The notes: generated from the sequence alone by a model not told the origin. A DNA stretch of 63,899 nt, filler included, from 8 parts of 8 records of this genome joined end to end with filler, not necessarily neighbours in it, one strand, 5' to 3'. Shown: positions 9,697 through 19,471, counted from the first letter of the whole stretch. Made by a program: numbers and translations.

Positions 9697-10070
9697 AAAC
9701 GCTCACTCCCAGACAGGATCATGCCGGCAGCTGTTTTGAGGCAACATTGGAGGTCGCCAGTGAAACCAGGGATACTGTTGTCATTCACGGTTGGCTTTAT
9801 AACCAGGAAAACTGGATCCTGCATGCCTGGTGCGAAGTGGATGAATGGGTCATCGACCTTACCGAAACACGGGAACCCATCGACAAGTCCACTTACTATC
9901 GGATCATGGGCGCCACGCCCGAGAGATCCATCCGCTATAATCGACAGGATTTTTTTGCCATGGCGGCAAAGCATCGGCATTTTGGGCCATTCGACAAGAC
10001 CTTTTTCTTTTCGGAAAAGACGTTAAGAGATCCCCTGCTTTCTTTGAGGTCCCCACATGAGAAAAAATAA
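9693..10070 (+). CDS. small hypothetical protein with transglutaminase/papain-like C-H-D motif pattern
   Basis: ATGA overlap with the upstream gene. Motifs GSC14FE, H44AWCE, ID55LT. Confidence 0.7.
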   Translation: MKTLTPRQDHAGSCFEATLEVASETRDTVVIHGWLYNQENWILHAWCEVDEWVIDLTETREPIDKSTYYRIMGATPERSIRYNRQDFFAMAAKHRHFGPFDKTFFFSEKTLRDPLLSLRSPHEKK

Positions 10071-11106
10071 AGATCAATCAAAAACGCCTTTCCAGCGGAT
10101 ACCAGTGACCATCCTCACTGGGTTTCTCGGTTCCGGGAAAACGACTTTACTGAATTGGATTCTAAAAGAAAATCACGGCAAAAAAATTGCGGTGATCGAA
10201 AACGAATTCGGCGAAGTCGGGATCGACAACGACCTGGTGGTCGGAGCCGAGGAAGAAATCTTCGAAATGAACAACGGATGCATCTGCTGCACGGTTCGAG
10301 GAGACCTGATCCGCATCCTGCGCAACCTGCTGAAGCGTCGTGACCAATTCGATTCCATCATGATCGAAACCACGGGCCTTGCCGATCCGGGGCCTGTGAT
10401 TCAAACGTTTTTCCTCGAAGAAAGCCTCCGGGAGGCGCTCAGCATAGACGCAGTGGTGACTGTGGTCGATGCCAAGTTCATCGAGGCGCACATCGATAGC
10501 AACGGCAAGACCAAGGAACAAATTGCTTTTGCAGACGTGATTTTGCTCAACAAGACGGATCTGGTCAATGCAGCAACCTTGGATCGATTGGAGGGCAGGA
10601 TCCGCAGAATGAATGCCGCCGCGGCCATCCACCGGACCGTCAATGCTGCCATCGATATGGATCAGGTGCTTAACCAAGGTGGTTTCAAGTTGGACCGAGC
10701 CTTGTTGGTCGACCCTGATTTTTTGCAACCAGAGTACCCCTTCGAAATGGACGGAATAGAACCGCTCGGACCCGTCGCCAGCCGTGAGTTCAAACATCGG
10801 CACGAACACGATGAAGATGTAACCTCTGTGGGCATTTCAATTCCAGGGGACCTCAGGCTGGGGTTGCTCGAAGCCTGGCTGCAGGTTTTGATAACAACAG
10901 AGGGGGAAAATATTTTTCGCATGAAGGGCGTACTGAGTATCAGCAACTATGAAGAGCGCTACATCATTCAGGGAGTTCACATGTTTTTGGAAGGAAAATT
11001 CGATCGTGCATGGGGGCAAGAAGAGCGCCGGAACAAACTGGTCTTTATCGGTCGAAACCTCAACCGCGATTTTCTCAATATTGGGTTTAAAGGGTGCCTG
11101 GCTTGA
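10057..11106 (+). CDS. COG0523/CobW-family G3E GTPase metallochaperone
   Basis: [33 protein letters not shown], His patch HRHEHD, C-terminal RMKG...QGV...LVFIGR. Confidence 0.95.
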   Translation: MRKNKDQSKTPFQRIPVTILTGFLGSGKTTLLNWILKENHGKKIAVIENEFGEVGIDNDLVVGAEEEIFEMNNGCICCTVRGDLIRILRNLLKRRDQFDSIMIETTGLADPGPVIQTFFLEESLREALSIDAVVTVVDAKFIEAHIDSNGKTKEQIAFADVILLNKTDLVNAATLDRLEGRIRRMNAAAAIHRTVNAAIDMDQVLNQGGFKLDRALLVDPDFLQPEYPFEMDGIEPLGPVASREFKHRHEHDEDVTSVGISIPGDLRLGLLEAWLQVLITTEGENIFRMKGVLSISNYEERYIIQGVHMFLEGKFDRAWGQEERRNKLVFIGRNLNRDFLNIGFKGCLA

Positions 11107-11223
11107 ACAGCATTTTACTAGATATAGGAGAAAAATGATGACCAGTGATTCAGTACGTTGAAAAAAGGCGATTTAGCCCTCAATTATTACAAGCCTGTTT
11201 ATGGGCACTTAGATTTTTTTTAG

Positions 11224-12441
11224 ATGCGTTCTAAGTCAACTGTATCATACACTGAAACAAAACAGCTTATGCCAACCACACAAAAAACGAACCCGACCAC
11301 CCGTAACACAGGTCATGCACACGGTTCATCAACAAAAAAAACGTCTATCGCCTATCTCCCAGCGCTTTTTCTGGTAGCATCCATTCTTTTTCTTCCCACA
11401 GGATCTGATGCCGGGGCCCGCAATTCCCTGGCTATTGTTTTTATCAGTATCGTACTCGAGGCCATTCCTTTTATGTTGATGGGCTCCCTTGTAGGCGGGA
11501 TTATTGAAGCCTTTGTCAGCCGAGAGCGCATGGCCAATCTCTTACCCCGAAAGGGTTGGCTGACCGTATCTCTTGCGGCTGCCGCAGGGATTGTTTTTCC
11601 GGTTTGTGAATGCGCGGTCGTACCGGTGGTACGCCGTTTGATCGGTAAAGGACTGCCGTTTTCTGCCGCCATTGCCTATCTTTTAGGTGGTCCCATCGTG
11701 AACCCCATCGTAGCGGCATCAACGGCGCTGGCCTATGCATTTGATTGGCGAATCGTCATTCTGCGCCTGGGTTTGGGATATGGGCTTGCTGTTGCTATCG
11801 GAATGCTCATGGGCAGGATGTTTGCCGGCTCCGAGGCCATCAAGAACAATGCCTCCGACCTCGAGAACAATACCTTCTCCTGCGGCTGCCATGCCCCTCT
11901 TTTGGAGCATCCTCGTGGCAAGACGCTTTCCGAGACAACGATAGCTTCTCTGATTGTCACAAAACAAACTGACAACACCATGACATGCGGTTGCGGTCAC
12001 AGTCACCTGGCATTGGTGGACTGGGTCGACAAGGCCGGGGCGGCCTTGTCACACGCCATGGATGATTTTTTAGCAGTGGGGCACTATCTTATCATCGGCG
12101 CTTTCATCGCCGCACTGGCACAGACCTATATCGACCGTTCAAGCTTTTTGAGTTTGTCGTCCGCTCCTGTATTGTCCGTAGCAGTCATGATGGCCCTGGC
12201 GATCCTGCTCAATCTGTGCTCCGAGGCGGATGCTTTCATTGCCGCCTCTTTTCAAGGGTTGATGCCCTTGCCAGCTCAAATGGCCTTTTTATTGACCGGT
12301 CCCATGTTCGACATCAAACTTCTGCTCATGTATCAAAGCCTTTTTAAACGAAAAACCATTGTTGTCCTATCGACACTTATTCTTGCGGGAGTTCTGGTGA
12401 TTTCGGTTGGCCTTGAAATGATAAATGTGGGGTTTCAATGA
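11224..12441 (+). CDS. COG0701/DUF318 (YcgR-like) permease
   Basis: SIVLEAIPF, FPVCECAVVPV, PIVNP, LCSEADAFIA, GPMFDIK, and a loop with CGCH and CGCGHSH. Start uncertain (11224 or 11269). Confidence 0.88.
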   Translation: MRSKSTVSYTETKQLMPTTQKTNPTTRNTGHAHGSSTKKTSIAYLPALFLVASILFLPTGSDAGARNSLAIVFISIVLEAIPFMLMGSLVGGIIEAFVSRERMANLLPRKGWLTVSLAAAAGIVFPVCECAVVPVVRRLIGKGLPFSAAIAYLLGGPIVNPIVAASTALAYAFDWRIVILRLGLGYGLAVAIGMLMGRMFAGSEAIKNNASDLENNTFSCGCHAPLLEHPRGKTLSETTIASLIVTKQTDNTMTCGCGHSHLALVDWVDKAGAALSHAMDDFLAVGHYLIIGAFIAALAQTYIDRSSFLSLSSAPVLSVAVMMALAILLNLCSEADAFIAASFQGLMPLPAQMAFLLTGPMFDIKLLLMYQSLFKRKTIVVLSTLILAGVLVISVGLEMINVGFQ

Positions 12442-13211
12442 AACCGCTGGAAGAACATCTCAAGCGCTGGTTGCATCCTACTCTATTCGCCATCTGGACC
12501 GTTTTTCTGATCTATCTTTTGGCCAGCGGGAGGTATATGGCTTTCCTGCGGCCTGAATTTGGCCTGCTTTTGGCCGTTGCACACTTTGTCGCCATGGGCT
12601 TCATGCTCACGGCCATGTTTCGTCAAAAAGCAACAGTGATGGATGCGTCTGCTATTTTGCGTACCCTGGTGCTTTTAGTCCCGGTCGTCTATTCGTTAGC
12701 CATGCCTGACACCATGTTAGGGAATCAAGCGTTTAAAAAAAGATTCATCGGAACCAATTACGGCGCCATAAACCGGCAGACGCGCCCCATCCTTTCCCCA
12801 GAAGAATCTGGAGGCAATCCGGCTGTTACGGTACCACCGGAAGAATTGGAAAGCCCCCGGGAACAATCACCTCAGGAACGAACGATCCTTGAGGTTTTGC
12901 TCAATCCCAATCTTTACAACGGACAACGTGTAATCGTCACAGGAATGATTCTACGTGATGAGCAACTCAAACCGTATTTCGGTGGTAAGGACATCGCTGT
13001 CTATCGCTTCTTGATCAATTGTTGCGCCGCGGACGCGTTACCTCTGGCGATTGCACTGGATTCGGATCAGGCAGGTGAGTTTGTCCATGACCAGTGGGTG
13101 CAGGTGGATGGGATATTCGATCTTCAGCAGATCAATGGCAAGCCGGTTCCAATGGTTTCAAACCCCCGAATCAAGCTGGTGGAAGCGCCTTCAGTTCCTT
13201 ATCTCTTCTGA
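12438..13211 (+). CDS. TIGR03943/DUF1980 (YcgQ-like) membrane protein
   Basis: Three N-terminal TM segments, YNGQRVIVTG, RFLINCCAADA, WVQVDG, terminal PYLF. ATGA-coupled to the permease. Confidence 0.88.
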   Translation: MKPLEEHLKRWLHPTLFAIWTVFLIYLLASGRYMAFLRPEFGLLLAVAHFVAMGFMLTAMFRQKATVMDASAILRTLVLLVPVVYSLAMPDTMLGNQAFKKRFIGTNYGAINRQTRPILSPEESGGNPAVTVPPEELESPREQSPQERTILEVLLNPNLYNGQRVIVTGMILRDEQLKPYFGGKDIAVYRFLINCCAADALPLAIALDSDQAGEFVHDQWVQVDGIFDLQQINGKPVPMVSNPRIKLVEAPSVPYLF

Positions 13212-13482
13212 CCGAACACTTCATTGAAAGCCGGAACACAAGCGCCCGGTACTGGCGCCGCGAAGGCATTCGCATCTCTTTCGGTCAGCCAATGGGGGCC
13301 TGAACATCGATACCATCCTATTATTTTTGCTAAAAGACCTAAGAAAAAAGGACCTTTGCGGTATCGGAAACCTCGCCTCCAATTTGACAACCGTATTGTC
13401 ATCAGAAATTTTCGGAATAAAAAAGAAACCTTCTCTTTTTAACGATCCATGCCAATGCACTTGATAAAACCAAAAAGAAGAT

Positions 13483-13845
13483 GTGCCCGTTCAAATCGAT
13501 GTGCCCGGCGCTACAGCCAGACAGCAGACCGATTTTGGCGACGTTTCCGGATATGACAAGATGGGAGCAGAATATTTTTCTTTTGGGGCCGGGACTGACA
13601 TAACCGAGTTGCTCCATGGACTTGATGGTGACAGCTGCCAGTGTCCGCACTGGGGTTACGTTGTTAAGGGGGCCATCACGGCAATTTTCACAGGTGGTAA
13701 AGAAGAGACTTCACGGTTTGGCGATCTGTTCTACTGGCCTCCAGGACACAGTGTGAGAGCGGAAGAAGACACCGATATAGTCATGTTTAGTCCACAAAAA
13801 GAACACAGTGAAGTAATAGCTCATATCCTACAAAAGGTTAGCTGA
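13483..13845 (+). CDS. cupin-domain protein (5' end possibly frameshifted)
   Basis: CQCPHWGYV, GDLFYWPPGH, MFSP..EH. In-frame KEDV precedes the GTG, but a TAA lies at 13465. Confidence 0.75.
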   Translation: MPVQIDVPGATARQQTDFGDVSGYDKMGAEYFSFGAGTDITELLHGLDGDSCQCPHWGYVVKGAITAIFTGGKEETSRFGDLFYWPPGHSVRAEEDTDIVMFSPQKEHSEVIAHILQKVS

Positions 13846-13889
13846 TAAGCAATGTTAAACAATTGCTACAACCAAAGCTAACTTTATTT

Positions 13890-13927
13890 AAAGCGTAGAA
13901 CCTACCAACGTTCTACGCTTTCATTTT
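13890..13927 (+). terminator. intrinsic terminator
   Basis: 12-bp stem AAAGCGTAGAAC/GTTCTACGCTTT followed by a T-rich tract. Confidence 0.7.
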
Positions 13928-14013
13928 ATTCCGAGTTTCGGAATTTGCTGAAATCAAAAGTTCAAGTCTCTATTTTCCGATTAATGAGACAAAGTTCAAC
14001 AGGGCCAATGCAA

Positions 14014-14113
14014 NNNNNNNNNNNNNNNNNNNNNNNNNNNNNNNNNNNNNNNNNNNNTTAATTAATTAANNNNNNNNNNNNNNNNNNNNNNNNNNNNNNN
14101 NNNNNNNNNNNNN
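14014..14113. other. artificial contig linker
   Basis: N44-TTAATTAATTAA-N44. Confidence 0.99.
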
Positions 14114-14130
14114 CTGATGCAGTAAGAACG

Positions 14131-14235
14131 ATGCCTCCGGCGGCTGGGGGAAGGGAAGAGGGCAACCCTTTGAAAAGGGCTTTCCCTCTTCCCTTCCCCC
14201 AGACCCCCATCCCATCTTCCTTCCTAAACTTTTTG
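14131..14235. repeat. palindromic extragenic element (REP/MITE-like)
   Basis: ATGCCTCCGGCGG head, then a perfect 19-bp inverted repeat CTGGGGGAAGGGAAGAGGG (14144-14162) / CCCTCTTCCCTTCCCCCAG (14184-14202) with an inner CCCTT/AAGGG stem. Located at a contig edge. Confidence 0.65.
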
Positions 14236-14359
14236 TAGCGTCTTCGGCAAAAACAAATGGGAGCATAGGGTGTGCTGTTTATCACCCGTTTTGTGGTCAA
14301 AGCAGTCTGTTGACTCTCCGTGCTTGCCAATGGGGTGAGTCAGTCGGTATGGTCGTTAG

Positions 14360-16747
14360 ATGGCTGCATCTTCTTGGAAAAAACTAGCGAAATGGTCGCT
14401 CATCATAACGCCATGGTTCCTTGCGGTTGTACTGGCAGCGGGATGGGTATTGACTGTTTGGACTCCAAAATATCTGGAAGGATTCATCCCTCGGTTGGCC
14501 CTCGACATGGGGGTGGAGCTGACTGAATTTCGGATCAATCAGGCAGGCCTTTTCTCCGCTGATATCGGACCGGTTCAAGTAGGCGAAGACGCTGATGCGC
14601 TCAGACTCTCCAATATTCATCTGACCTACACACCGGCTTCACTTAAATTGAAGCGCATAGACACTGTTGTTCTTGATGGCGTCAATGTGGCCTGTTCATA
14701 TGAAAACGGAGAATTGACTCTACCGGTACTCGATCTCCTGCCGAAATCTGAGAGCAATGACGAAGCAGGCAATACCATTCCAGACATGCCATTTGATGAA
14801 CTCGTCATCCAAAATTCCATTTTACATTGCACCATTGACGGCAAACCGATTTCCATTCCTTTTGACGCAGCCATCACACCGGACAAAATTATCCAGTTCA
14901 ACATTCGACTTCGTCCACGCGATCAAATGATGGTCGTTAGCGGCAAACTTGGTCCCACGCTTGATGACCTGTCCTTTGCCGTAAACACCGACACATTTCG
15001 ACTAGGACCGTTCAACAATTTTCTGCCAGTCCTCATCAACGGAGAAGTGACCCTCGACATGAATGGTGCCATCAATCTGTCGCAGCCCGAAGCCATGACT
15101 GGCGAGTTCAAGTTGTCCATAGGGAGAAGTGACCTTTCCAGTCTGGGAGTTCAATTAGTCAAGAATGCTGTCATCTCGGTGAAAGGGAAACTGGAAGAAC
15201 AGGAAGTATTCTTTTCCATGCCTCCAGTTTCTGTCGTTACTCCCTTCCCAATTACAGCGGAAATCCGATCAGGCAGGATTGCCAAAGAATCTCTTTTCGC
15301 CCAATTCTCGCTGGCCGGGGCCGGGGTGGAAATGGGTGGGCGACTTGAGGCTGACAAAATCGCTGATGACACAAACGGACTCTGGGACGTCGCATTCACG
15401 GCGGCCAACCCGAACAATCTGGTCGTCAATACCAGTGGTCGGGTTATCAATCTCGCCGGATTCATTTTCTCCATGCAGGGCACAGCAGGACCAAAGTCCG
15501 CAAATATGACACTGAATTGCGCAACAAACGGTGCTGGCCTTGGTGGTACGACTGTTCGTTCGGGCCGGATGCGGCTGACACTCCCGCTTGCATGGCCTGT
15601 CCCCAAACAGCATACGTCCGGCAAAATGAGCCTGTCCAATGTCCGCATGGATGATCGCACTCTGGGAAATATTTCAGCACGAATCCGGCAACAGGGAACC
15701 GATGTAGCTTACAACGGGACACTCTTTACAAAACTACTGCCTGACCTGCGTATTCCTTTTTCCGGGGCAGCGTCGATGATCAGCAACCGTGCTTCGCTGA
15801 ATTTCGGTATCAAAAAATACACGTTGCCCAACGCATTTTCTCCAGAGACACTGGCACCGGCACTAAAGGACATCATTCTGGCGGGAGTGCTGGATGTGGA
15901 TGGCGCAATCACAATGAACGAAGACGGCCTGCACAGTCGACTGGGAGCCTTCTTTACCAACGGGCAAATGACCATGTCCGAAGGGGCAACTTCGATTTCC
16001 GGCATTCGTCTTTCCTTTGCCTCACCGGATCTGCTTTCCATGCGCAGTGCGCCTGCCCAAACACTTTCCTTTGACGAGATTAAAGCCGGTGGCATTGTTA
16101 TCCGCAACGGTGAAATCGCGTACCAACTTGAACCCAAAGGCGTTGTTCTTGTGGAACAGGCCGGATTTGACTGGGCAGGGGGCCATGTTTCCAGTCGTGC
16201 ATTCCGGGTCGTTCCGGGGTCCGAAGAATACGCGGTCACCATGTTCTGCTCCGAACTCAGGCTTTCGGAAATTCTGTCTCAACTCGGACTGGCTGAGGCA
16301 CAGGGCGAAGCCGCCATGTCCGGCGAGTTGCCCATCACATGGAAAAGCGGGAAAATTTCGTTCAACAGCGGATTTTTGCACTCCACACCAGGGCAAGGTG
16401 GGGTTATCAGAGTGCAAGCCATGGAAGATTTGGTAGCCGCCATCCCTGAGGGCACCCCCCAACGCGGCCAGATCGAACTGGCACAGGCTGCCGTACGTGA
16501 TTTCGAATACAAATGGGTGCGCATCAAAGCCGACACTGTGGGCGAAGACCTGTTGGTACGCCTCTCTGTAGACGGCAAGCCTGCTGGGACTCTTCCCTTC
16601 GTATACAAACGCGAATTCGGCGGGTTTATGCGCGTCACAGGCGATGTCAAAGGATCAAATTTTCAAGGGCTGCGCCTCGATGTAAATTTCAGCGTACCCT
16701 TGGACCGCATTTTGCTTTATAAAGACATAGTGAACATGATCGAATAG
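14360..16747 (+). CDS. ydbH: YdbH-family (AsmA-like) bridge-like intermembrane lipid transport protein
   Basis: N-terminal TM anchor, long beta-rich body, C-terminal MSGELP..W, GGVIRV, AVRDFEY. Followed by ynbE- and ydbL-like genes. Confidence 0.85.
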   Translation: MAASSWKKLAKWSLIITPWFLAVVLAAGWVLTVWTPKYLEGFIPRLALDMGVELTEFRINQAGLFSADIGPVQVGEDADALRLSNIHLTYTPASLKLKRIDTVVLDGVNVACSYENGELTLPVLDLLPKSESNDEAGNTIPDMPFDELVIQNSILHCTIDGKPISIPFDAAITPDKIIQFNIRLRPRDQMMVVSGKLGPTLDDLSFAVNTDTFRLGPFNNFLPVLINGEVTLDMNGAINLSQPEAMTGEFKLSIGRSDLSSLGVQLVKNAVISVKGKLEEQEVFFSMPPVSVVTPFPITAEIRSGRIAKESLFAQFSLAGAGVEMGGRLEADKIADDTNGLWDVAFTAANPNNLVVNTSGRVINLAGFIFSMQGTAGPKSANMTLNCATNGAGLGGTTVRSGRMRLTLPLAWPVPKQHTSGKMSLSNVRMDDRTLGNISARIRQQGTDVAYNGTLFTKLLPDLRIPFSGAASMISNRASLNFGIKKYTLPNAFSPETLAPALKDIILAGVLDVDGAITMNEDGLHSRLGAFFTNGQMTMSEGATSISGIRLSFASPDLLSMRSAPAQTLSFDEIKAGGIVIRNGEIAYQLEPKGVVLVEQAGFDWAGGHVSSRAFRVVPGSEEYAVTMFCSELRLSEILSQLGLAEAQGEAAMSGELPITWKSGKISFNSGFLHSTPGQGGVIRVQAMEDLVAAIPEGTPQRGQIELAQAAVRDFEYKWVRIKADTVGEDLLVRLSVDGKPAGTLPFVYKREFGGFMRVTGDVKGSNFQGLRLDVNFSVPLDRILLYKDIVNMIE

Positions 16748-16759
16748 GGAGACAAAGCA

Positions 16760-16975
16760 ATGAAAATGACATTAATCACACTGGCGGCATGTGGATTACT
16801 CCTGACCGCATGGGGATGCTCCACAAGCCATAAGGTCGAAGTGGCCCCCGTGGAAGTCAAACCCATCCACATCACCATTGACGTCAACGTCAAGGTAGAC
16901 AAGGAACTGGATGATTTCTTCTCTGACATCGACGATGCACCAGTAGCAGCACCGGAGGCACCCAATGCGCAATAA
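16760..16975 (+). CDS. ynbE: YnbE-family lipoprotein
   Basis: Lipobox AWGC, KPIHITIDVNVKVDKELDDFF. Confidence 0.85.
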   Translation: MKMTLITLAACGLLLTAWGCSTSHKVEVAPVEVKPIHITIDVNVKVDKELDDFFSDIDDAPVAAPEAPNAQ

Positions 16976-17327
16976 AACACAACTCATCATTGTCATGGCC
17001 CTCATCGCCTGCCTCGCAGGTGGCTCGGCTATTGCCGGAGGAATCAAAGACCGTATCAAAGCCCGCAGGCCTGCTGTAATGGCCCTGCTGGGTGACGGAA
17101 CCGTGGGCGAAAACAATCAGGGTTTCCTTGAATTCAAGGGAGCGAAAAAGCAAACTGACGTGGTTGCCGCCGAAAACAAAGACCGGTCCACAGTCTATCA
17201 GGCCATTGCCAAGAAAGCAGGCACGACTCCTCAGTTGGTCGGCCAACGACGCGCTGCCAAGATTGCCCAGTCTGCCCGCCCCGGCACATGGCTTCAAAAC
17301 CCAAGCGGCAGTTGGTATAAAAAATAA
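16965..17327 (+). CDS. ydbL: YdbL (DUF1318) family protein
   Basis: Signal peptide, GTVGENNQGFL, ENKDR..Y..IA, G.W.Q...G.W..K. Confidence 0.88.
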   Translation: MRNKTQLIIVMALIACLAGGSAIAGGIKDRIKARRPAVMALLGDGTVGENNQGFLEFKGAKKQTDVVAAENKDRSTVYQAIAKKAGTTPQLVGQRRAAKIAQSARPGTWLQNPSGSWYKK

Positions 17328-17347
17328 CCCCTCACCTCAATCAATTT

Positions 17348-17388
17348 GGCGGCGTTATGACATCTCGACATAACGCCGCCTTCTCTTT
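17348..17388 (+). terminator. stem-loop / probable terminator after ydbL
   Basis: 12-bp stem GGCGGCGTTATG/CATAACGCCGCC followed by TTCTCTTT. Confidence 0.55.
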
Positions 17389-17399
17389 ACTCTCATCAC

Positions 17400-18302
17400 A
17401 TGCCTAAAGCACAATTCATTACCGTTTCCGATGCCGAGTCAGGCCAAAAGCTGCTCCAACTCCTTGAACGACGACTGACCGGAGATGTTCCGCGTTCAGC
17501 GATTCAGAAATGGATACGCAAAGGACAGGTGCGCGTGGACAAAGGGCGCAAAAAACCCTTTGACCGTATCACTGCAGGGCAGATCGTCCGAATCCCGCCG
17601 TACACTCCCGGCGAATCCAAAGCCACTGTCTCAGCCGGCAACCTTGTTACGGCCTACGAAGACGACGATTACATGGCCATTGCCAAACCAGCAGGACTGG
17701 CGGCTCACGGCGGAGACAAGATCACCGACTCGGTCACAGCTCGACTCCGCTCCATCCATTCGGACGCAGAGTTCATGCCGACACTGGCGCATCGGCTGGA
17801 CCGAGACACTTCCGGCCTTTTGCTCGCAGCGAAGAGCTATGAGGCTCTGCGCACACTCAATGACCTGTTTGCATCAGGCGATGTTGGCAAACTCTACCTT
17901 GCATGGGTGGAAGGCGAATGGAAGGAACGAAAGACAATACTCCTTGAAGACCGTATGGAGAAAAAAGGAATGCCGGGGCAGGAAAAAATCCGCACAGGCA
18001 AAGGTAAAACCGCCCTCGCCAAAGTGACAGGTCTGGTTTCTGGACGTCGGCAAAGCCTCGTGGCGGTACGATTAATCACTGGACGCACCCATCAAATTCG
18101 GGTGCAGTTGGCATCACGTAAACACCCTGTCTGCGGGGATCATAAATACGGAAAATCCAAAGACCGTACATCCATGCGTCTGCATTGTTATGCCATGCAA
18201 ATAATGGAAAAAACTATCACTCTCGCTCCGCTCTGGTCTGGCAAGTGGGAAGTTCCGTCCGATGCGTTGAGGGAAGCCTTATCGCTTCTGTACGACGACT
18301 AG
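17400..18302 (+). CDS. RluA/RluC-family RNA pseudouridine synthase with S4 domain
   Basis: S4-like N-terminus, KPAGL, HRLDRDTSG, TGRTHQIR, GDHKYG. Confidence 0.93.
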   Translation: MPKAQFITVSDAESGQKLLQLLERRLTGDVPRSAIQKWIRKGQVRVDKGRKKPFDRITAGQIVRIPPYTPGESKATVSAGNLVTAYEDDDYMAIAKPAGLAAHGGDKITDSVTARLRSIHSDAEFMPTLAHRLDRDTSGLLLAAKSYEALRTLNDLFASGDVGKLYLAWVEGEWKERKTILLEDRMEKKGMPGQEKIRTGKGKTALAKVTGLVSGRRQSLVAVRLITGRTHQIRVQLASRKHPVCGDHKYGKSKDRTSMRLHCYAMQIMEKTITLAPLWSGKWEVPSDALREALSLLYDD

Positions 18303-18311
18303 CCGTCAGGT

Positions 18312-18863
18312 CTACTTGATGATCATGTGGATATTCTCATCCGCACTTTTGTCGAAATCAGCCAGCATATCGAACCGTTCTGCCATAACTTCATCGAGTG
18401 TTGTCCAATCGGAACACATCGACTCATCCGTGGTGGGTGTCTGCAACTTGACTGCTGACACCACATCCATGTCCAACGTTGTGACATAGGTCCGAACCAG
18501 CTTACAGTAATGGCTCTGAAAGATGGTTTTGGGAGGATAACTCTTGATGCTGTTAGCAGGAGCATCAAGGGTGAAACCGATCAGGTCCTCGAACTCGACG
18601 CGGGGCATTTTTGAAACAAGAATGGCTGATTTATCTTTTGCCCGAAACAAATAGCCTCGAAAATCCGTCCCCTTGAACGAGCGCTTCACAAAAGAATCAT
18701 ATGTATATTCACTGCCTATTTCCACGATCACGGACTGACCGGTTTCAGCAACCGTAAAGATCACGCGGTTGTCATTCCGTGCTTCAACCACCGGACTCTT
18801 GGTGGCACAACCGACAACAAGAATCAGGAGAAGAAGGGGGAATACTATCTTAAAACATTTCAT
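18312..18863 (-). CDS. hypothetical lipoprotein
   Basis: AAGGAG RBS and MKCFKIVFPLLLLILVVGC lipobox. The longer ORF-track start overlaps the neighbouring gene. Confidence 0.75.
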   Translation of the reverse strand: MKCFKIVFPLLLLILVVGCATKSPVVEARNDNRVIFTVAETGQSVIVEIGSEYTYDSFVKRSFKGTDFRGYLFRAKDKSAILVSKMPRVEFEDLIGFTLDAPANSIKSYPPKTIFQSHYCKLVRTYVTTLDMDVVSAVKLQTPTTDESMCSDWTTLDEVMAERFDMLADFDKSADENIHMIIK

Positions 18864-18873
18864 GGTCGTCTCC

Positions 18874-19302
18874 TTATTTCCAGCCGACCACTTCGTACCC
18901 TTTCTCTCGCAGGCACTTGTCGACAAAATTTTTGTGAATGGAAGCCGGGTCGCCAGATTTGGCGGCCTCATACACAGTGGAACCGGCGGCAGCGGCTCCG
19001 GCTGAAGCACCAGCCGTTCGCAACACGTCGTTCCCCATGATCGCACCAAAAACGGCACCGGCCGCGGCGGCGACACCCGCTGAAGTCGCAACATTTTTCG
19101 CGGATTCGCCAGAATCCCGGGCCGTTGCACCTGCAGCCTCGGCCTTCATGATACAATCATCAATATCAGCCTGAGCTACCTGCATTCCCACGGAATCCAA
19201 ATGATCATTGGGGTACAGCACAGGTCGTTTTGGCCCACAGCCCGCAGCAAAGAGCAACAGGGAAGCCATTCCCAGCAACAACAAAAATCGCACTTGTCTC
19301 AT
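18874..19302 (-). CDS. glycine-zipper lipoprotein
   Basis: GGAGG RBS, AAGC lipobox, RPVLYPN, Gly/Ala zipper, CLREKGYEVVGW. Confidence 0.8.
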   Translation of the reverse strand: MRQVRFLLLLGMASLLLFAAGCGPKRPVLYPNDHLDSVGMQVAQADIDDCIMKAEAAGATARDSGESAKNVATSAGVAAAAGAVFGAIMGNDVLRTAGASAGAAAAGSTVYEAAKSGDPASIHKNFVDKCLREKGYEVVGWK

Positions 19303-19471
19303 CTCGCAACCTCCAAAAATAATCAATGAGATCATACTGTATACATCGCTCGGGTCAATGGCTAAAGTGCTATTGTACGACCAAAGGTTGCACAACCTTG
19401 CAGGCTCATATGAAAATCGGTATATAGACAAAGTCTAGAAACCAAGAGTCACTCTGAGTAAGGAGTTTTCC

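Noticed and set aside
13212-13460. Short overlapping ORFs or possible ncRNA after the TIGR03943 gene
   Set aside because: No RBS, recognisable motif or convincing structure. Possibly gene debris, but this cannot be supported.
14058-14330. ORFs crossing the palindromic element into the N linker
   Set aside because: They are translations of a non-coding repeat plus the linker.
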